Positions 17,188-27,436 of a stretch of DNA of 41,122 nt are shown here, in pieces. Positions within the stretch are counted from its first letter, which is position 1. Each line of letters opens with the position of its first letter. A model generated the notes under the pieces. It ran no database searches and was not told the origin of the DNA. It saw nothing but the letters and a program-made list of their open reading frames with translations. Made by a program: the position numbers and the translations under genes. Source of the stretch: Candidatus Babeliales bacterium (GTDB taxonomy: Bacteria > Babelota > Babeliae > Babelales > Vermiphilaceae); NCBI GenBank assembly GCA_963743635.1, contig CAVUQO010000001.1, forward strand, positions 1 through 41,122. The letters run 5' to 3'.

Positions 17188-17581
17188 TAACGCGAACTGG
17201 ATCTAAGAACTTAATAGATAAAGAATTATTCCCTATTCCGTTCCGTCTACGTTTATCCGGGCCTTCCGGCTCGGCAAACTACGCCGGACGCAGTCGTCTC
17301 GCGTGCCCTGCGTAGCCTTGGCGAAGCATGGGAGTGTTTTTCGTCTGCGCGAAGCGTAGGAGAAAAATGTGCGAGAGGTTGTGGATAAATAATATTCCTC
17401 ATAAAATTTTAATCATTCCACGCTAAAATATGAATTATTTTATTTAATATCTCTCGCACAATTCTAGCCTTCACTGTGTTCAGGATAGAATCACTCGAGA
17501 CGAACGGAGGAGGGGATTTCGCTTATTTTTTATGATGAGATTGCCATTTAATATTAGCGCGCTTACATCGAGTTCGCTCTA
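17188..17581. mobile_element. MITE-like element, 394 bp, same TIR family as 14155..14434
   Basis: taacgcgaactggatctaag ... cttacatcgagttcgctcta; the right TIR overlaps the TAG stop of 17579..18418. Confidence 0.75.
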
Positions 17582-18418
17582 TTTAGCTGCTTCTTTTTCT
17601 TTCAAATGCTTGAGATATTTTTCTAGTTGCGCATCAGGCATTTCAAGAAGATCAAGTTTGCCTAAAGATTTATACACGGGGAATTTGCCTAAGAATTGAT
17701 AGATTGGATATGTCCATGGATTATTGAGTTTGATCCAGTGGGTTTGGCGTTCTCTCAGTTTGATTAATTCTTCAGGGCCCATGGTATCAATGACGTTCAG
17801 TTCGTGTTTGGTCAGTAAATCAGTTTCTTTTTGTTTGTAGTGCGTATAAGCAACCAAATTTGCAAGGCCAACCAGGCCAACAAACATGCCTGCCTTAGAG
17901 GTTGCGAAGTTGCGCATGTGCGGCAGCGCGCTCATAATTGCATTGCGAGAATATAGCGCAAGTGCACCTGCGCATGCTACGAGCGATGCTTGATTGAGCG
18001 TGTTAAGATTTTGCGTATCAGGATTTTCCGTAGGAATTTCGCTTAAATCACCCGCTTTGATGCGCGAGAGTTGTACTGCGATGGTGGAAACTTGTTCTTC
18101 TTCAGTAAGATAAAGAAAGAAGTTTGGGCGTAAAAGCACAACGCAATTACCAGCCTTTTCTACAAAGTGATCCATGCGTATGGCGGTATAAAATTTTACC
18201 TCATCAGGAGATAAGCCCATTTTTTTGACGGCATTGGTATAGGCTTCGGGAATATTTTCCATCGGCACAGCTTCTTGATACGTATCGTGAACAATTGCTT
18301 CAAATGCTTTGGTGTTGCGATATGTTTCAAAGGTTTGTTTCATCGAATTTGATTGCTCTTCCTCTGCGTACATGATTGCGCAGGTGATAAGAGAGAGCGC
18401 GAAGAATGTCTTTCTCAT
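17579..18418 (-). CDS. Secreted M48-peptidase-like protein lacking HExxH
   Basis: LTEEEQVSTIAVQLSRIKAGD occupies the L..eE..avlaHExxH position; hydrophobic hairpin follows; likely start MRKTFF. Confidence 0.6.
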   Translation of the reverse strand: MRKTFFALSLITCAIMYAEEEQSNSMKQTFETYRNTKAFEAIVHDTYQEAVPMENIPEAYTNAVKKMGLSPDEVKFYTAIRMDHFVEKAGNCVVLLRPNFFLYLTEEEQVSTIAVQLSRIKAGDLSEIPTENPDTQNLNTLNQASLVACAGALALYSRNAIMSALPHMRNFATSKAGMFVGLVGLANLVAYTHYKQKETDLLTKHELNVIDTMGPEELIKLRERQTHWIKLNNPWTYPIYQFLGKFPVYKSLGKLDLLEMPDAQLEKYLKHLKEKEAAK

Positions 18419-18540
18419 TGAGGTTCCTTCATATAAAAGAATTAATTGAAATCGCACTATCATACTTCATTTCTTCAATATATCCAACAGCCTGTTGCGT
18501 GAGGGAGGCATATTTCGCTTTAAAAAAATGGTATAGACGC

Positions 18541-18577
18541 AAAAAAGCCCCGGGATTTTTGCACCCGAGGCTTTTTT
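18541..18577 (-). terminator. Intrinsic terminator
   Basis: aaaaaagccccggg...cccgaggctttttt. Confidence 0.7.
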
Positions 18578-18599
18578 AATTCTTTTTTTTGAATGGCGT

Positions 18600-19100
18600 T
18601 TACAGCTTGCTACGTTTTATATTGCCATTTTTTAAGATGTGCTCAACAATATCCAACGATTCATTAGGCAATGTTGTACGCAACGCATTGTTTTCATATG
18701 CGTTTAAATCAGTCAGCAGACCTAGTTTTGTGGATTTTCTAATGAGGTCGTTTGACCATTCCGCTAAAGGCTTTTTGTAACATTCCATGAAATCTTTTCC
18801 TTCAGGTTGTTCCGAAAGTCTCTTCATGCGATCAAAGATAGCTACATAGACGGCGGCTCTACACAAGCTACTGTCATGCGGCCTATCTGCCATAAAATAT
18901 TCTTGGTCGTGAACGTAAGCCTCGTAGCTAGGCTGCATTTGATGTCCGCCTTCCCATACGTGAACTACAACATTCTTGATATTTCGTTCTTTTATCTTTT
19001 GTTCCCATTCTTGTTTGAGCTTAGACTCTTGGTTGGCACATATCGAGCCATTGAGAGAAACAAGAGATACAACAGACATCAGCATATATTTTTTTAACAT
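18600..19100 (-). CDS. Secreted hypothetical protein
   Basis: Signal-like MLKKYMLMSVVSLVSL; terminator follows. Confidence 0.75.
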   Translation of the reverse strand: MLKKYMLMSVVSLVSLNGSICANQESKLKQEWEQKIKERNIKNVVVHVWEGGHQMQPSYEAYVHDQEYFMADRPHDSSLCRAAVYVAIFDRMKRLSEQPEGKDFMECYKKPLAEWSNDLIRKSTKLGLLTDLNAYENNALRTTLPNESLDIVEHILKNGNIKRSKL

Positions 19101-19467
19101 ACGTATTCCTATCATTTAAACGTTAAACCTACATTATTGAGAGCTCATCTTATCGATAGCCCTATAACACTAGTATGCCTAAAACGCCATTTTTATCAAT
19201 CGAAAACCCCGTAATTAAGGCATTAAACCTGTAATCTTTTCTATGTGAAAGAATATATTCAGGCAATTGGGGACAGTCTGCCCTGTCCCTATCGGTGGGG
19301 ATCAGGGTAGATTTGATACTCGGTGTTTTCAGGGTGGTTTCGCACAATCAGAAGTTCATTAGAACATGCCATTGTTTATACAATCTATTGCTTTCGATTT
19401 ATTCTATTTGGTAACATCATGTTATAATTAAAATAATCGATACCAATAACGTAATGTAGGTGTAAAT

Positions 19468-21063
19468 ATGAAAAATAAATTAGTTTTGATGATGCTATTG
19501 TTTTGCGTAGAAAAAATAGCGTGTATGCAATCTACCGATGAGCAAGTTATTGCTTTTATTGACCAGAACCTTGTTGTGCGAGAATTGCCCAGTTTCGTAA
19601 ATGAAGACGTAGACGATGATGTAACATCCGTTGTATTTCATCCTCATGAACAAAAACTCATGATAGGTGGTGATTTTGGCAATGCCGTGCTCTGGGATCT
19701 TTCGACAAGGCAACGCTTAAAAACACTGAACGATAATCCTTCTTCCTTGAATATACGTGGTCGTGAAGTAGCGCAATATAATCCCATTACCAGCATGAGC
19801 TTTAGTCAGGATGGGAAAAAAATTATGATCAATCATTCGGTAGGTGCTATCTGTAAAGTATGGGATGTGGATGCGGCACAACTTCTTCATACATTGCCTG
19901 CAGCAGGCGTGTCTCGGGACGGTATCATCTCAACTTTCTTTAGCCCTGATGCAAAAAAAGCTTTCGTATGCGACGGTTCCGGCATTGAAATGTGGAACGT
20001 TGAAACAGGAGAAAACATTTATTCCAAAGCATTTAAATTTCTTGAAGTTTCATCAGCCGCACTGAGTCCTGATGGCACACAAATTCTTATAAGCTTATTC
20101 TCAGGCGTTTCTTTATGTGATGTCTCAACATTAGCGCAAATAAAGAAATTTGCACAGACTACACACATCAATTCCGTTGCATTCAGATCCGATGGAAAAC
20201 AGTTCATCACTGGCGATGGAAAAGCGGCTAAAATATGGGATATTCAAAGTCAAGCCGCAGTGCGCACGCTCCCCCATGATTATCCGGTTAAAATTGTTAT
20301 GTTTTGCCCTCCGGGAGATAAAGTAATAACTGCTGCGCGAGATACGGTAAGAATATGGGATGTATCAACCGGAAATGAATTAAAAAAAATTGTTCATGAT
20401 GGCGCAACTGTTCAATCAATGGCTGTTAGTTTTGATGGTCATATATTGGCAACGGCAACGAGAGGAAATAATGCCGGACTAGCTTCACGCGACTATGATC
20501 GCAAAACAAAAATATGGGATCTGAGGGGTTATGATGCGATCCAAAAAGAACTGCTTAAAGCGTTAAAAGCAAAAATTAGTGCACGGACAAACCTTGCGGC
20601 AACAGAAGAGCAATGGCGAACATTTATGAATTTTCCTGAAAATGTACAAGTCATGTTACAAAGATATATTAGCAAACCTGAGAGCTTAAAATCTCCTACT
20701 GAAAAATTAATGGCTGCAGCCAAAAAAGGTGATTTGAATACCATAAAAGATCTGATTGAAAAACAACAAGTAAACCCGCTAACGATAGACAACGAAGGAC
20801 ACACAGCATGGTATTACGCGAAACAACAGCAGCACCATCCTGTGATGCGTTATGCCCAGGAACTTGCTGCCAAAAAAGCCGATCAAGAATGCTGCGTTTG
20901 TTTAGAGAAGGTTGGCAGAACACAATTTGAAATCGGATCGCAAAACTATGAGTGCTTGCATTTTATGTGCAAAGATTGCAAAGGAAATTGGAAATCTTTC
21001 GCTCCAAACCCTAACAATCCGCATGTTCTCACACAACCTGTATGTCCTATTTGTAGAAAATAA
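19468..21063 (+). CDS. WD40-repeat + ankyrin + C3HC4 RING protein (candidate E3 ligase effector)
   Basis: Multiple ..WD repeats; AAKKGDLNTIKDLI..DNEGHTAWYYA; CCVC..CLHFMCKDC..CPICRK. Confidence 0.9.
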   Translation: MKNKLVLMMLLFCVEKIACMQSTDEQVIAFIDQNLVVRELPSFVNEDVDDDVTSVVFHPHEQKLMIGGDFGNAVLWDLSTRQRLKTLNDNPSSLNIRGREVAQYNPITSMSFSQDGKKIMINHSVGAICKVWDVDAAQLLHTLPAAGVSRDGIISTFFSPDAKKAFVCDGSGIEMWNVETGENIYSKAFKFLEVSSAALSPDGTQILISLFSGVSLCDVSTLAQIKKFAQTTHINSVAFRSDGKQFITGDGKAAKIWDIQSQAAVRTLPHDYPVKIVMFCPPGDKVITAARDTVRIWDVSTGNELKKIVHDGATVQSMAVSFDGHILATATRGNNAGLASRDYDRKTKIWDLRGYDAIQKELLKALKAKISARTNLAATEEQWRTFMNFPENVQVMLQRYISKPESLKSPTEKLMAAAKKGDLNTIKDLIEKQQVNPLTIDNEGHTAWYYAKQQQHHPVMRYAQELAAKKADQECCVCLEKVGRTQFEIGSQNYECLHFMCKDCKGNWKSFAPNPNNPHVLTQPVCPICRK

Positions 21064-21093
21064 AAACAAGATTATGCGCCGATCAAATATTTT

Positions 21094-21525
21094 TCACCAA
21101 CCGTGCTCAGAATACCGTATTTTTCTTTGTATACATTCAATGGCTTGTTTGTGCGCAGGAAGGATATTTTCTGGAAGTTGATTGAGTGGGAAGAATCGCA
21201 AATCATCATGCTTGTCTGGTTCGTTATTCTGCGGTGTCGGCATGCCGGTAAGATCTACTTTAAAGCAGAGCGCAATAAACTCTGTTTCGGTTCCTTTACG
21301 ATGAAAGGTGTGTACTAATTCAAATGCACTTTCCGGAATATCAAGTCCCGTTTCTTCATATACTTCGCGCTTGATGCCCTGAAGGGCTGTTTCACCCGCT
21401 GCTACCTTGCCGCCAACCATGCTGTAAAATCCAGCTCCAAATACTTGGTCATTGCTGCGACGCACTAATACCAATTCGTTGCCCAAACATAAAAGGGCTA
21501 ACACATAGAAATTACACATCATCAA
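21094..21525 (-). CDS. NUDIX hydrolase
   Basis: GGKVAAGETALQGIKREVYEETG. Confidence 0.9.
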   Translation of the reverse strand: MMMCNFYVLALLCLGNELVLVRRSNDQVFGAGFYSMVGGKVAAGETALQGIKREVYEETGLDIPESAFELVHTFHRKGTETEFIALCFKVDLTGMPTPQNNEPDKHDDLRFFPLNQLPENILPAHKQAIECIQRKIRYSEHGW

Positions 21526-21657
21526 TCTCCTTTATTATACATAAACGGGTTTTAATCTGAGGTCTACACACCATAAGTATTTGATAGTGTATTGAACCTT
21601 CTATGTATTTTATCAGAAGATTTGATAAGCCGATAATTTTTCATTTGAACTCTTGCC

Positions 21658-22452
21658 TTACGCACTTGCTGGCAAAAATCCTAGAGTTTTGAAAATTTCA
21701 ACCCATTCTTCGTCTGACGTGGCATTTTTGATATAAAAATTTTTTATATGCTCTAAATTCCAGTCATCTTTATAGCTATCATCATTATCAACAGCAACCA
21801 AGGTAATGTTACTGTGAGGAAATTTAGTAAGCAGAATGTCTCTTAACTTAATAATTTCTTCAGGTGTTTGCTTTAAAGGATCTAACTTCCAAGGTCTTGT
21901 GCCTGAGCTTAAACGTATACAATAAACTGCATGCCCTGAATTCAATGCTTTATTTAAACGATCGATTCTTCGTTTATACTTTGTAGCAACGCCTGATACA
22001 TAATCTAAAAAATTTTCCTTTACGTAATCGTTCCTTCCGACACTCTTGTCTGCAGGAAAATCGTGATAAAAAGCAAAGGTATATTTGGTGTTCAGAATGC
22101 GGGTTATTCTAAAACTCAAATATTCAGGATTTAAAAGGTCAAAGAAATCATTTTGTAATAGATCGCAAACGCCTTGAAATGAAGTGCGATTCCAGTCAAA
22201 AGGAAAGGTCGACGATCGCAAATTATGATTTCTCAACATGCCTGCAACGATACAGTTAAATCCCAAACTTATAATGATAGGATCAGAAAAAGTATCCTCC
22301 TCATTGTGTGTAAGTTCTTCTTTTTGTTTTTCCAATGCTACTTCCTTGGCAAGTTGATCTTGCAAGTCCACCGTATTGGCTGAATTTGATTCAACAGACA
22401 GAGCCTGAACTGATGGACAAATCAAAGTTAAAGCAAGCAATAATATTCTCAT
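21658..22452 (-). CDS. DUF1796-type putative papain-like cysteine peptidase with signal peptide
   Basis: ISLGFNC, FPFDW, YHDF and KYKRRIDR. Confidence 0.8.
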   Translation of the reverse strand: MRILLLALTLICPSVQALSVESNSANTVDLQDQLAKEVALEKQKEELTHNEEDTFSDPIIISLGFNCIVAGMLRNHNLRSSTFPFDWNRTSFQGVCDLLQNDFFDLLNPEYLSFRITRILNTKYTFAFYHDFPADKSVGRNDYVKENFLDYVSGVATKYKRRIDRLNKALNSGHAVYCIRLSSGTRPWKLDPLKQTPEEIIKLRDILLTKFPHSNITLVAVDNDDSYKDDWNLEHIKNFYIKNATSDEEWVEIFKTLGFLPASA

Positions 22453-22498
22453 GGTATAATCTCTTCTCGGTTACAGGTGTTAATTCGGTTCACAGAAT

Positions 22499-23911
22499 CT
22501 AGATGGCATTTTCAAGATTGGTTAATGTCTTTATACGAATGTTAGTGTTAGTGTTGACCGGTGTAGCCACTGCTTTAAAAAGCAAACATAATACTTTGGC
22601 TTGATCCATTGGCTCCATTAAACCAACATTATCAACACCGATAAGTCTCATGATAATATGTGATTTAATTTTGTTTTCTATTTCAATATCATCAATAGGG
22701 AACTGTTTTTTAGTGCTTTGTAATAAAGGATCAAGGTAGGAATTAATTAAAAGATTCACTATTTTCTTGCGTCTACCACTGGTCCCAAATCTATTAATGC
22801 CATCAAACATAATAAACTCTTCCTTATTCGATACAGCAATCTGGCGCTTCATAGAGTCAAAATGTTTTTGAACTTCCTTTAACCCTGGAATATCACGAAA
22901 TAGCGTCGGATGATATTTGGGCCTTAGATATGCCGTAAGTACTGCTAGATGTATTATAGAAAGAACAGCATCTCCTATAACATCATTTACTCCCGAATAT
23001 TCACAATCTATGAAGTGAAAGGCTGGATTTTTTGAGGTCACGTCTTCAAGGTACATGTTCATTTCCTGAAAATCACCATGAGATATCGCCATTAAACGAG
23101 GCCTTTTAGGATCTACATATTTCTTAGCAAGCGCTAATAAGTCATGCAATGTTTCTTGATACTCAACACCATCAATAATAAATTTTTTAGCAAGAAGCTC
23201 TTCCCACTCTATTTCAACTCCTGCAAGATTGAGTTTTTTTTGTGCATAAAAACTTTCTACGCGCCCAGATTCTCCGTCTTTTTCTTTGGTTTTTAATCTA
23301 TGATTGTACAGATAATCATTGACGGCTGGCTTGATCGTATATTCTAAAGTTCTATGCGCGAGAGCTGCAATATCGTTAATAATGGTAGCCACAAATGATA
23401 ACGACTCATCTTCTCGCGTGCTTGGATTTTCCAAGAAATTAAACAATGAGCGCTCTCCTGCGGCTTCAATATGAGGCTGCACTACCAATTCCAGATTGTT
23501 TTTGCAAATAACACATTCTGATGCAATAGTAGGCAAATATTGTGATATGAATTCCCCACCATTATGTTCACGTATTCCGCCACCATTTTCATGCAGTTTC
23601 AAAAATTTTTTTCCCGCAGAAGTGTCTGCGACAATAATAATTAAGCTTGATTTGTTATATATTTCCATCACATTATTCGTAACCGAATAGCCGTGCTCTG
23701 TTAACAATGTTGTTATAACCTCTGTGAGGATTTCAGGCTTTTCTTTCAGTTCTTTTATGGAGTACGTAGTTTCGATGGATGTAAAAGAGCACGCAAGCAT
23801 TAATAAGCTACTTAAACAAAAACGGTTATATGATGATATATATTTTGTATCGCATGATTTCATGCAGTCCCCTATCTCATTGAAATGTCTTAAGCGGATT
23901 TTTTTAATCAT
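22499..23911 (-). CDS. APH/choline-kinase-like phosphotransferase
   Basis: FLKL, HGDFQEMN and FIDCE. Confidence 0.7.
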   Translation of the reverse strand: MIKKIRLRHFNEIGDCMKSCDTKYISSYNRFCLSSLLMLACSFTSIETTYSIKELKEKPEILTEVITTLLTEHGYSVTNNVMEIYNKSSLIIIVADTSAGKKFLKLHENGGGIREHNGGEFISQYLPTIASECVICKNNLELVVQPHIEAAGERSLFNFLENPSTREDESLSFVATIINDIAALAHRTLEYTIKPAVNDYLYNHRLKTKEKDGESGRVESFYAQKKLNLAGVEIEWEELLAKKFIIDGVEYQETLHDLLALAKKYVDPKRPRLMAISHGDFQEMNMYLEDVTSKNPAFHFIDCEYSGVNDVIGDAVLSIIHLAVLTAYLRPKYHPTLFRDIPGLKEVQKHFDSMKRQIAVSNKEEFIMFDGINRFGTSGRRKKIVNLLINSYLDPLLQSTKKQFPIDDIEIENKIKSHIIMRLIGVDNVGLMEPMDQAKVLCLLFKAVATPVNTNTNIRIKTLTNLENAI

Positions 23912-23923
23912 GAAAATAATCCT

Positions 23924-25669
23924 TTATTTTGTCGCGGTATAATTAATTAACCCAATAATATCCTGTAGCGAAAGATGTTGTGCTTTTTTATAGATTTCGC
24001 TTGGCAGCTTTCCTTCTTTTGTCATCCATGAAACATAGTCCATATCAATGGTGTCTCCAAAGATTACGGGGAATATTGGCACCGTGAATAGATCAAGATA
24101 ACTAGGATTAAGATCAATGTTTTTGTTTCGCAACCAGGACTGCAGGGATTGTCCAAAGAGAGTTGCGGCATTGCCTACATGCTTAGGATTATCATCTATT
24201 CCAACCATAATTAAGGCATGTGCCTCTTGATTATCGATCTTGATTGGGACCATTGCCAAAAGCTGTTTTGCACCAAGAGTAATATTGCCCGTGGAGTTAA
24301 TAACTATTGAATCTTGCCCAATAAAAGACCCTTGATAAAGATGCGAATCTACAATGGCACATTGATCGGAGATGGTAACATTGTCTGCTATAACACTTTG
24401 ATAAATACAGCAATCTTCTCCAATAGAAGCCGTTGGCAGAATAGTGCTCTGATAACGATCTTTAAATTGATAAATCTTTGAAACTGCGGAAGATGGAGAT
24501 ACGCCATTTTTATAAAAACGAATCGTATCCATGATCTCTTCACGATACGTAACATGTTCATTGCCGCATAGATACATTCTTTTTTCAAAAAAGGTAGTAA
24601 CTATTGAATAAACGCTTCTGTAAAAGCTTATTCTGTTTTCGCGCGTATCACTGGTATTTGGAGTGGGGGTCTGATGTTCAGTTAAACGGAGGGCAATATA
24701 ATCTTCTTGATTCATAAAGAATGGCAAGATGCAATCGCAGGTAAATATTTCATATCCTCTGCTGCTTTGCGTTATAAGATTATTGATTCGCGCAGCGCCC
24801 TCAAGATATTGAGCATACATTGTTGAAAATTCGTTTGATTTGCCCGCAATAATATAGTTATTCGTGAGTTCCGCCCAAATACTTCTTCCTTTTGTTTTCT
24901 CCTCACTGATTATTTTCGTTCGTACTGCATCAGACGGTTTTCTTTTAAAATCAAGAATTTCTCGTGAAATCTGATCCTCAATAATCAATTCAGAACGTTT
25001 TGCTTCAATGGATGAAACAGGATCAACAAAATAGTTAATTCCTTCTTTAATATCAGCGTCAGACAGAAACAATTGATCAGCACCCAGAACGATGAGTCCG
25101 GAAAAGCCCATAGATGCTATTTTTTGGCCTAAGTAATAGCTATTCAAAATTACAAAATAAAGGGTAGTGCGGAATATTTCATGCTCAGTCACTATCGGCA
25201 TCGGCATCAAACATTTATTAACATATATGGAAGATGCTATCATTCTTCTGGCCATGCCGCCCGCTTTAATAATAGCAATGCGTAGATCCTTAAAATCTCT
25301 TTCATGTGCATGATTCAATTCATAACTTTTTTTTACTTCACTGAGTGCACGTAAAAGGCTGCCTGTTGAGCCAATACATTCACCTTTCTCCTCTAGGCCG
25401 GCAATTACAATAACCTGCATATCATTGCGAAATAAGCAGCTTTCTTGTTCTTTCAGTATCTTCTCATAGTAGTTTTTTTCATCTTCATTCCTGGCGGTGA
25501 TCATGAGAATATCAATACTTGGGTGCGGACTTAATGTCTTATCAAGCTCTTTGATAAGAGCATTACGTGTTTTACCAAGTAACTCTTGGAAAAAGATTTC
25601 TGTATTAACGTCGCAAAAAGTCGCGCAACTATAAATGCATAATGCAATAAAAAATTTTGAGAAATTCAT
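23924..25669 (-). CDS. Fucose-1-phosphate guanylyltransferase (Fkp pyrophosphorylase domain)-like nucleotidyltransferase with signal peptide
   Basis: IGSTGS, IIKAGGMARR, NKCLMPMP, a beta-helix-like stretch, GIDDNPK and DLFTVPIFPV. Confidence 0.7.
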   Translation of the reverse strand: MNFSKFFIALCIYSCATFCDVNTEIFFQELLGKTRNALIKELDKTLSPHPSIDILMITARNEDEKNYYEKILKEQESCLFRNDMQVIVIAGLEEKGECIGSTGSLLRALSEVKKSYELNHAHERDFKDLRIAIIKAGGMARRMIASSIYVNKCLMPMPIVTEHEIFRTTLYFVILNSYYLGQKIASMGFSGLIVLGADQLFLSDADIKEGINYFVDPVSSIEAKRSELIIEDQISREILDFKRKPSDAVRTKIISEEKTKGRSIWAELTNNYIIAGKSNEFSTMYAQYLEGAARINNLITQSSRGYEIFTCDCILPFFMNQEDYIALRLTEHQTPTPNTSDTRENRISFYRSVYSIVTTFFEKRMYLCGNEHVTYREEIMDTIRFYKNGVSPSSAVSKIYQFKDRYQSTILPTASIGEDCCIYQSVIADNVTISDQCAIVDSHLYQGSFIGQDSIVINSTGNITLGAKQLLAMVPIKIDNQEAHALIMVGIDDNPKHVGNAATLFGQSLQSWLRNKNIDLNPSYLDLFTVPIFPVIFGDTIDMDYVSWMTKEGKLPSEIYKKAQHLSLQDIIGLINYTATK

Positions 25670-25805
25670 TGATAGGTTTCTTTATAAAAAAAGTGCTTGA
25701 AAAAGGAGCAGTTGGTGATTCAAGATACAGAAATTGAACAAATAGTGAAGCATTAAATCACAGTAAGTGCTTCCTGCAAAACTTGAACTTGTATTATCGA
25801 TGGCG

Positions 25806-25871
25806 CTACTCATTGATATGAAATAGATCAATATCCATAACATCAGATTGATCTTGTTTAAATAACATCAT
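25806..25871 (-). pseudogene. Internally deleted remnant of a NUDT6-like paralog
   Basis: MMLFKQDQSDVMDIDLFHINE* matches KQDQSDVMDVDLFAIN at the end of 15192..16094. Confidence 0.75.
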
Positions 25872-25889
25872 TAGATTGTAATGAGCGAA

Positions 25890-26630
25890 TTACTCCATGA
25901 TGATTGCAAGACCAAGAGCTTCATATGGTTTTTTTATTTTTGTTATTTCTTTTTTGAGATGAGTAACCACTTTCTCCATATCACCTTCGGTCCATTGAAC
26001 TTTCTTATCATTGCCAGTCTGAAGTTCAAATTCACCATTGGTGTTACGTTGCCAGGTAGTAGCTCTCATATCAAAGATCAGCCCAGGAATTGGGCCATCA
26101 AGCGCGACACCTGCAATGTATTGTTTGTTGGGATTACCGCGTCCCCAAATGTGGCCATGCAAAAAACTTGGTTCATGAGGTACGCCGAGTATGGTAGTTT
26201 TTGTTTCTGTATCAAATGCATGTGCATTGTTACCCACCACGGCATTTTGCGCAATAGGAACAATACGGCTATACGTCTCGGTCATCAAGGCGATCACCAA
26301 ACTGAGACCGATTCTTTCTTCTGAACTGTAATCTCGATTTATGGTGGATGCCATAGTGCCATTATGGATGAGTGCTACCAATGAACGATAGCCGCGTTTA
26401 TCAGTAGGATTTATGTATAGTGCATATTCAGAGTTCATATAGCGTGCAAGGGCAATGACTTTTGGATCGGTTAATGTGTAGGGCTGCAGAGCCCAATGCT
26501 TTTCAGGATATGCGCCGGTAAAGTATTTTTTTAATGCATGAGGCGATTCAGAAGATGTGAGATTAATGCTTGTAACTACGCATGCTAACAATACCGCTGC
26601 AGCGATAACGGCCAAGATATGTTTTTTCAT
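25890..26630 (-). CDS. Secreted hypothetical protein, possibly HIT-like
   Basis: GNN...FLHGHIWGRG resembles a degenerate histidine triad. Confidence 0.6.
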   Translation of the reverse strand: MKKHILAVIAAAVLLACVVTSINLTSSESPHALKKYFTGAYPEKHWALQPYTLTDPKVIALARYMNSEYALYINPTDKRGYRSLVALIHNGTMASTINRDYSSEERIGLSLVIALMTETYSRIVPIAQNAVVGNNAHAFDTETKTTILGVPHEPSFLHGHIWGRGNPNKQYIAGVALDGPIPGLIFDMRATTWQRNTNGEFELQTGNDKKVQWTEGDMEKVVTHLKKEITKIKKPYEALGLAIIME

Positions 26631-26814
26631 GATTCGTCCCCTAAAACGTCCCGATAAGATTTAGGCAACATGGTATCAAAAAGAGCGGGTTATGTAAAAA
26701 AAGGGCCTTTGAATACGCAAAAACTTGTCCTTATAGTGACTCTGATTTGAATTGTCATCACCATTTTGCTATTATTCGACCGGTGTAAAAAATGAATCTC
26801 AAAGGAATGTTTTC

Positions 26815-27360
26815 ATGAAAAAAACAATCATCTCAGTGTGCTTGCTCTATGTAGCCAACAGTTGCGCGATGCATCCGACGATTAAGAAATTGGCTGCAGT
26901 TGCGTTGGCAACGAGTCCGGTTACGGTAACGGGAACGTATTACTACGGTAAGACCATACAGGATCAAGCACGGGTGCGTGCTGAGATTGATGCAAAGGAT
27001 CAGGCATGGGCGCAGGCGCAATCCGGCAAGGAAGAAAAAGAGGAGCCATCATCGGTTGAACTGCAGGTGCGGGAAATACAGAGGAAAAAGATCGAGGAAC
27101 AAAACAATAAACAAATATATGCAGTAGATTCGTTCAGAGCATATATTTTTGGTACTGTGTTTGGCGTAATTCCGTTTTTTAATATAGGAATTATCGCTTT
27201 TAAAAGTAACTATTACTTAGACAAATTTGATCGGTGGGCAAAGCATGAACAAGAAGAGCAGGATCTTTGTGATAGTGCTGCGGAATCGGGTTTGTGGAGT
27301 GGCATTTCATTGTATGCAACAGCGCCTCTTGCATTGAAATGTCTGAGGAAATTTAAATAA
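26815..27360 (+). CDS. Secreted/membrane hypothetical protein
   Basis: SD aaagga, MKKTII signal peptide, hydrophobic segments. Confidence 0.8.
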   Translation: MKKTIISVCLLYVANSCAMHPTIKKLAAVALATSPVTVTGTYYYGKTIQDQARVRAEIDAKDQAWAQAQSGKEEKEEPSSVELQVREIQRKKIEEQNNKQIYAVDSFRAYIFGTVFGVIPFFNIGIIAFKSNYYLDKFDRWAKHEQEEQDLCDSAAESGLWSGISLYATAPLALKCLRKFK

Positions 27361-27385
27361 GATCGTTCTAGAATCAAACCAAATG

Positions 27386-27419
27386 AAAAAGGGCTCTCGT
27401 AATTGAGAGCCCTTTTTTT
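27386..27419. terminator. Bidirectional terminator
   Basis: aaaaagggctctc-gtaatt-gagagccctttttt between convergent genes. Confidence 0.8.
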
Positions 27420-27436
27420 GATCTTGCATGAGAGTA

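Noticed and set aside
19261..19345. GC-rich intergenic hairpin as an ncRNA
   Set aside because: Single copy, one short stem, no recognisable family.
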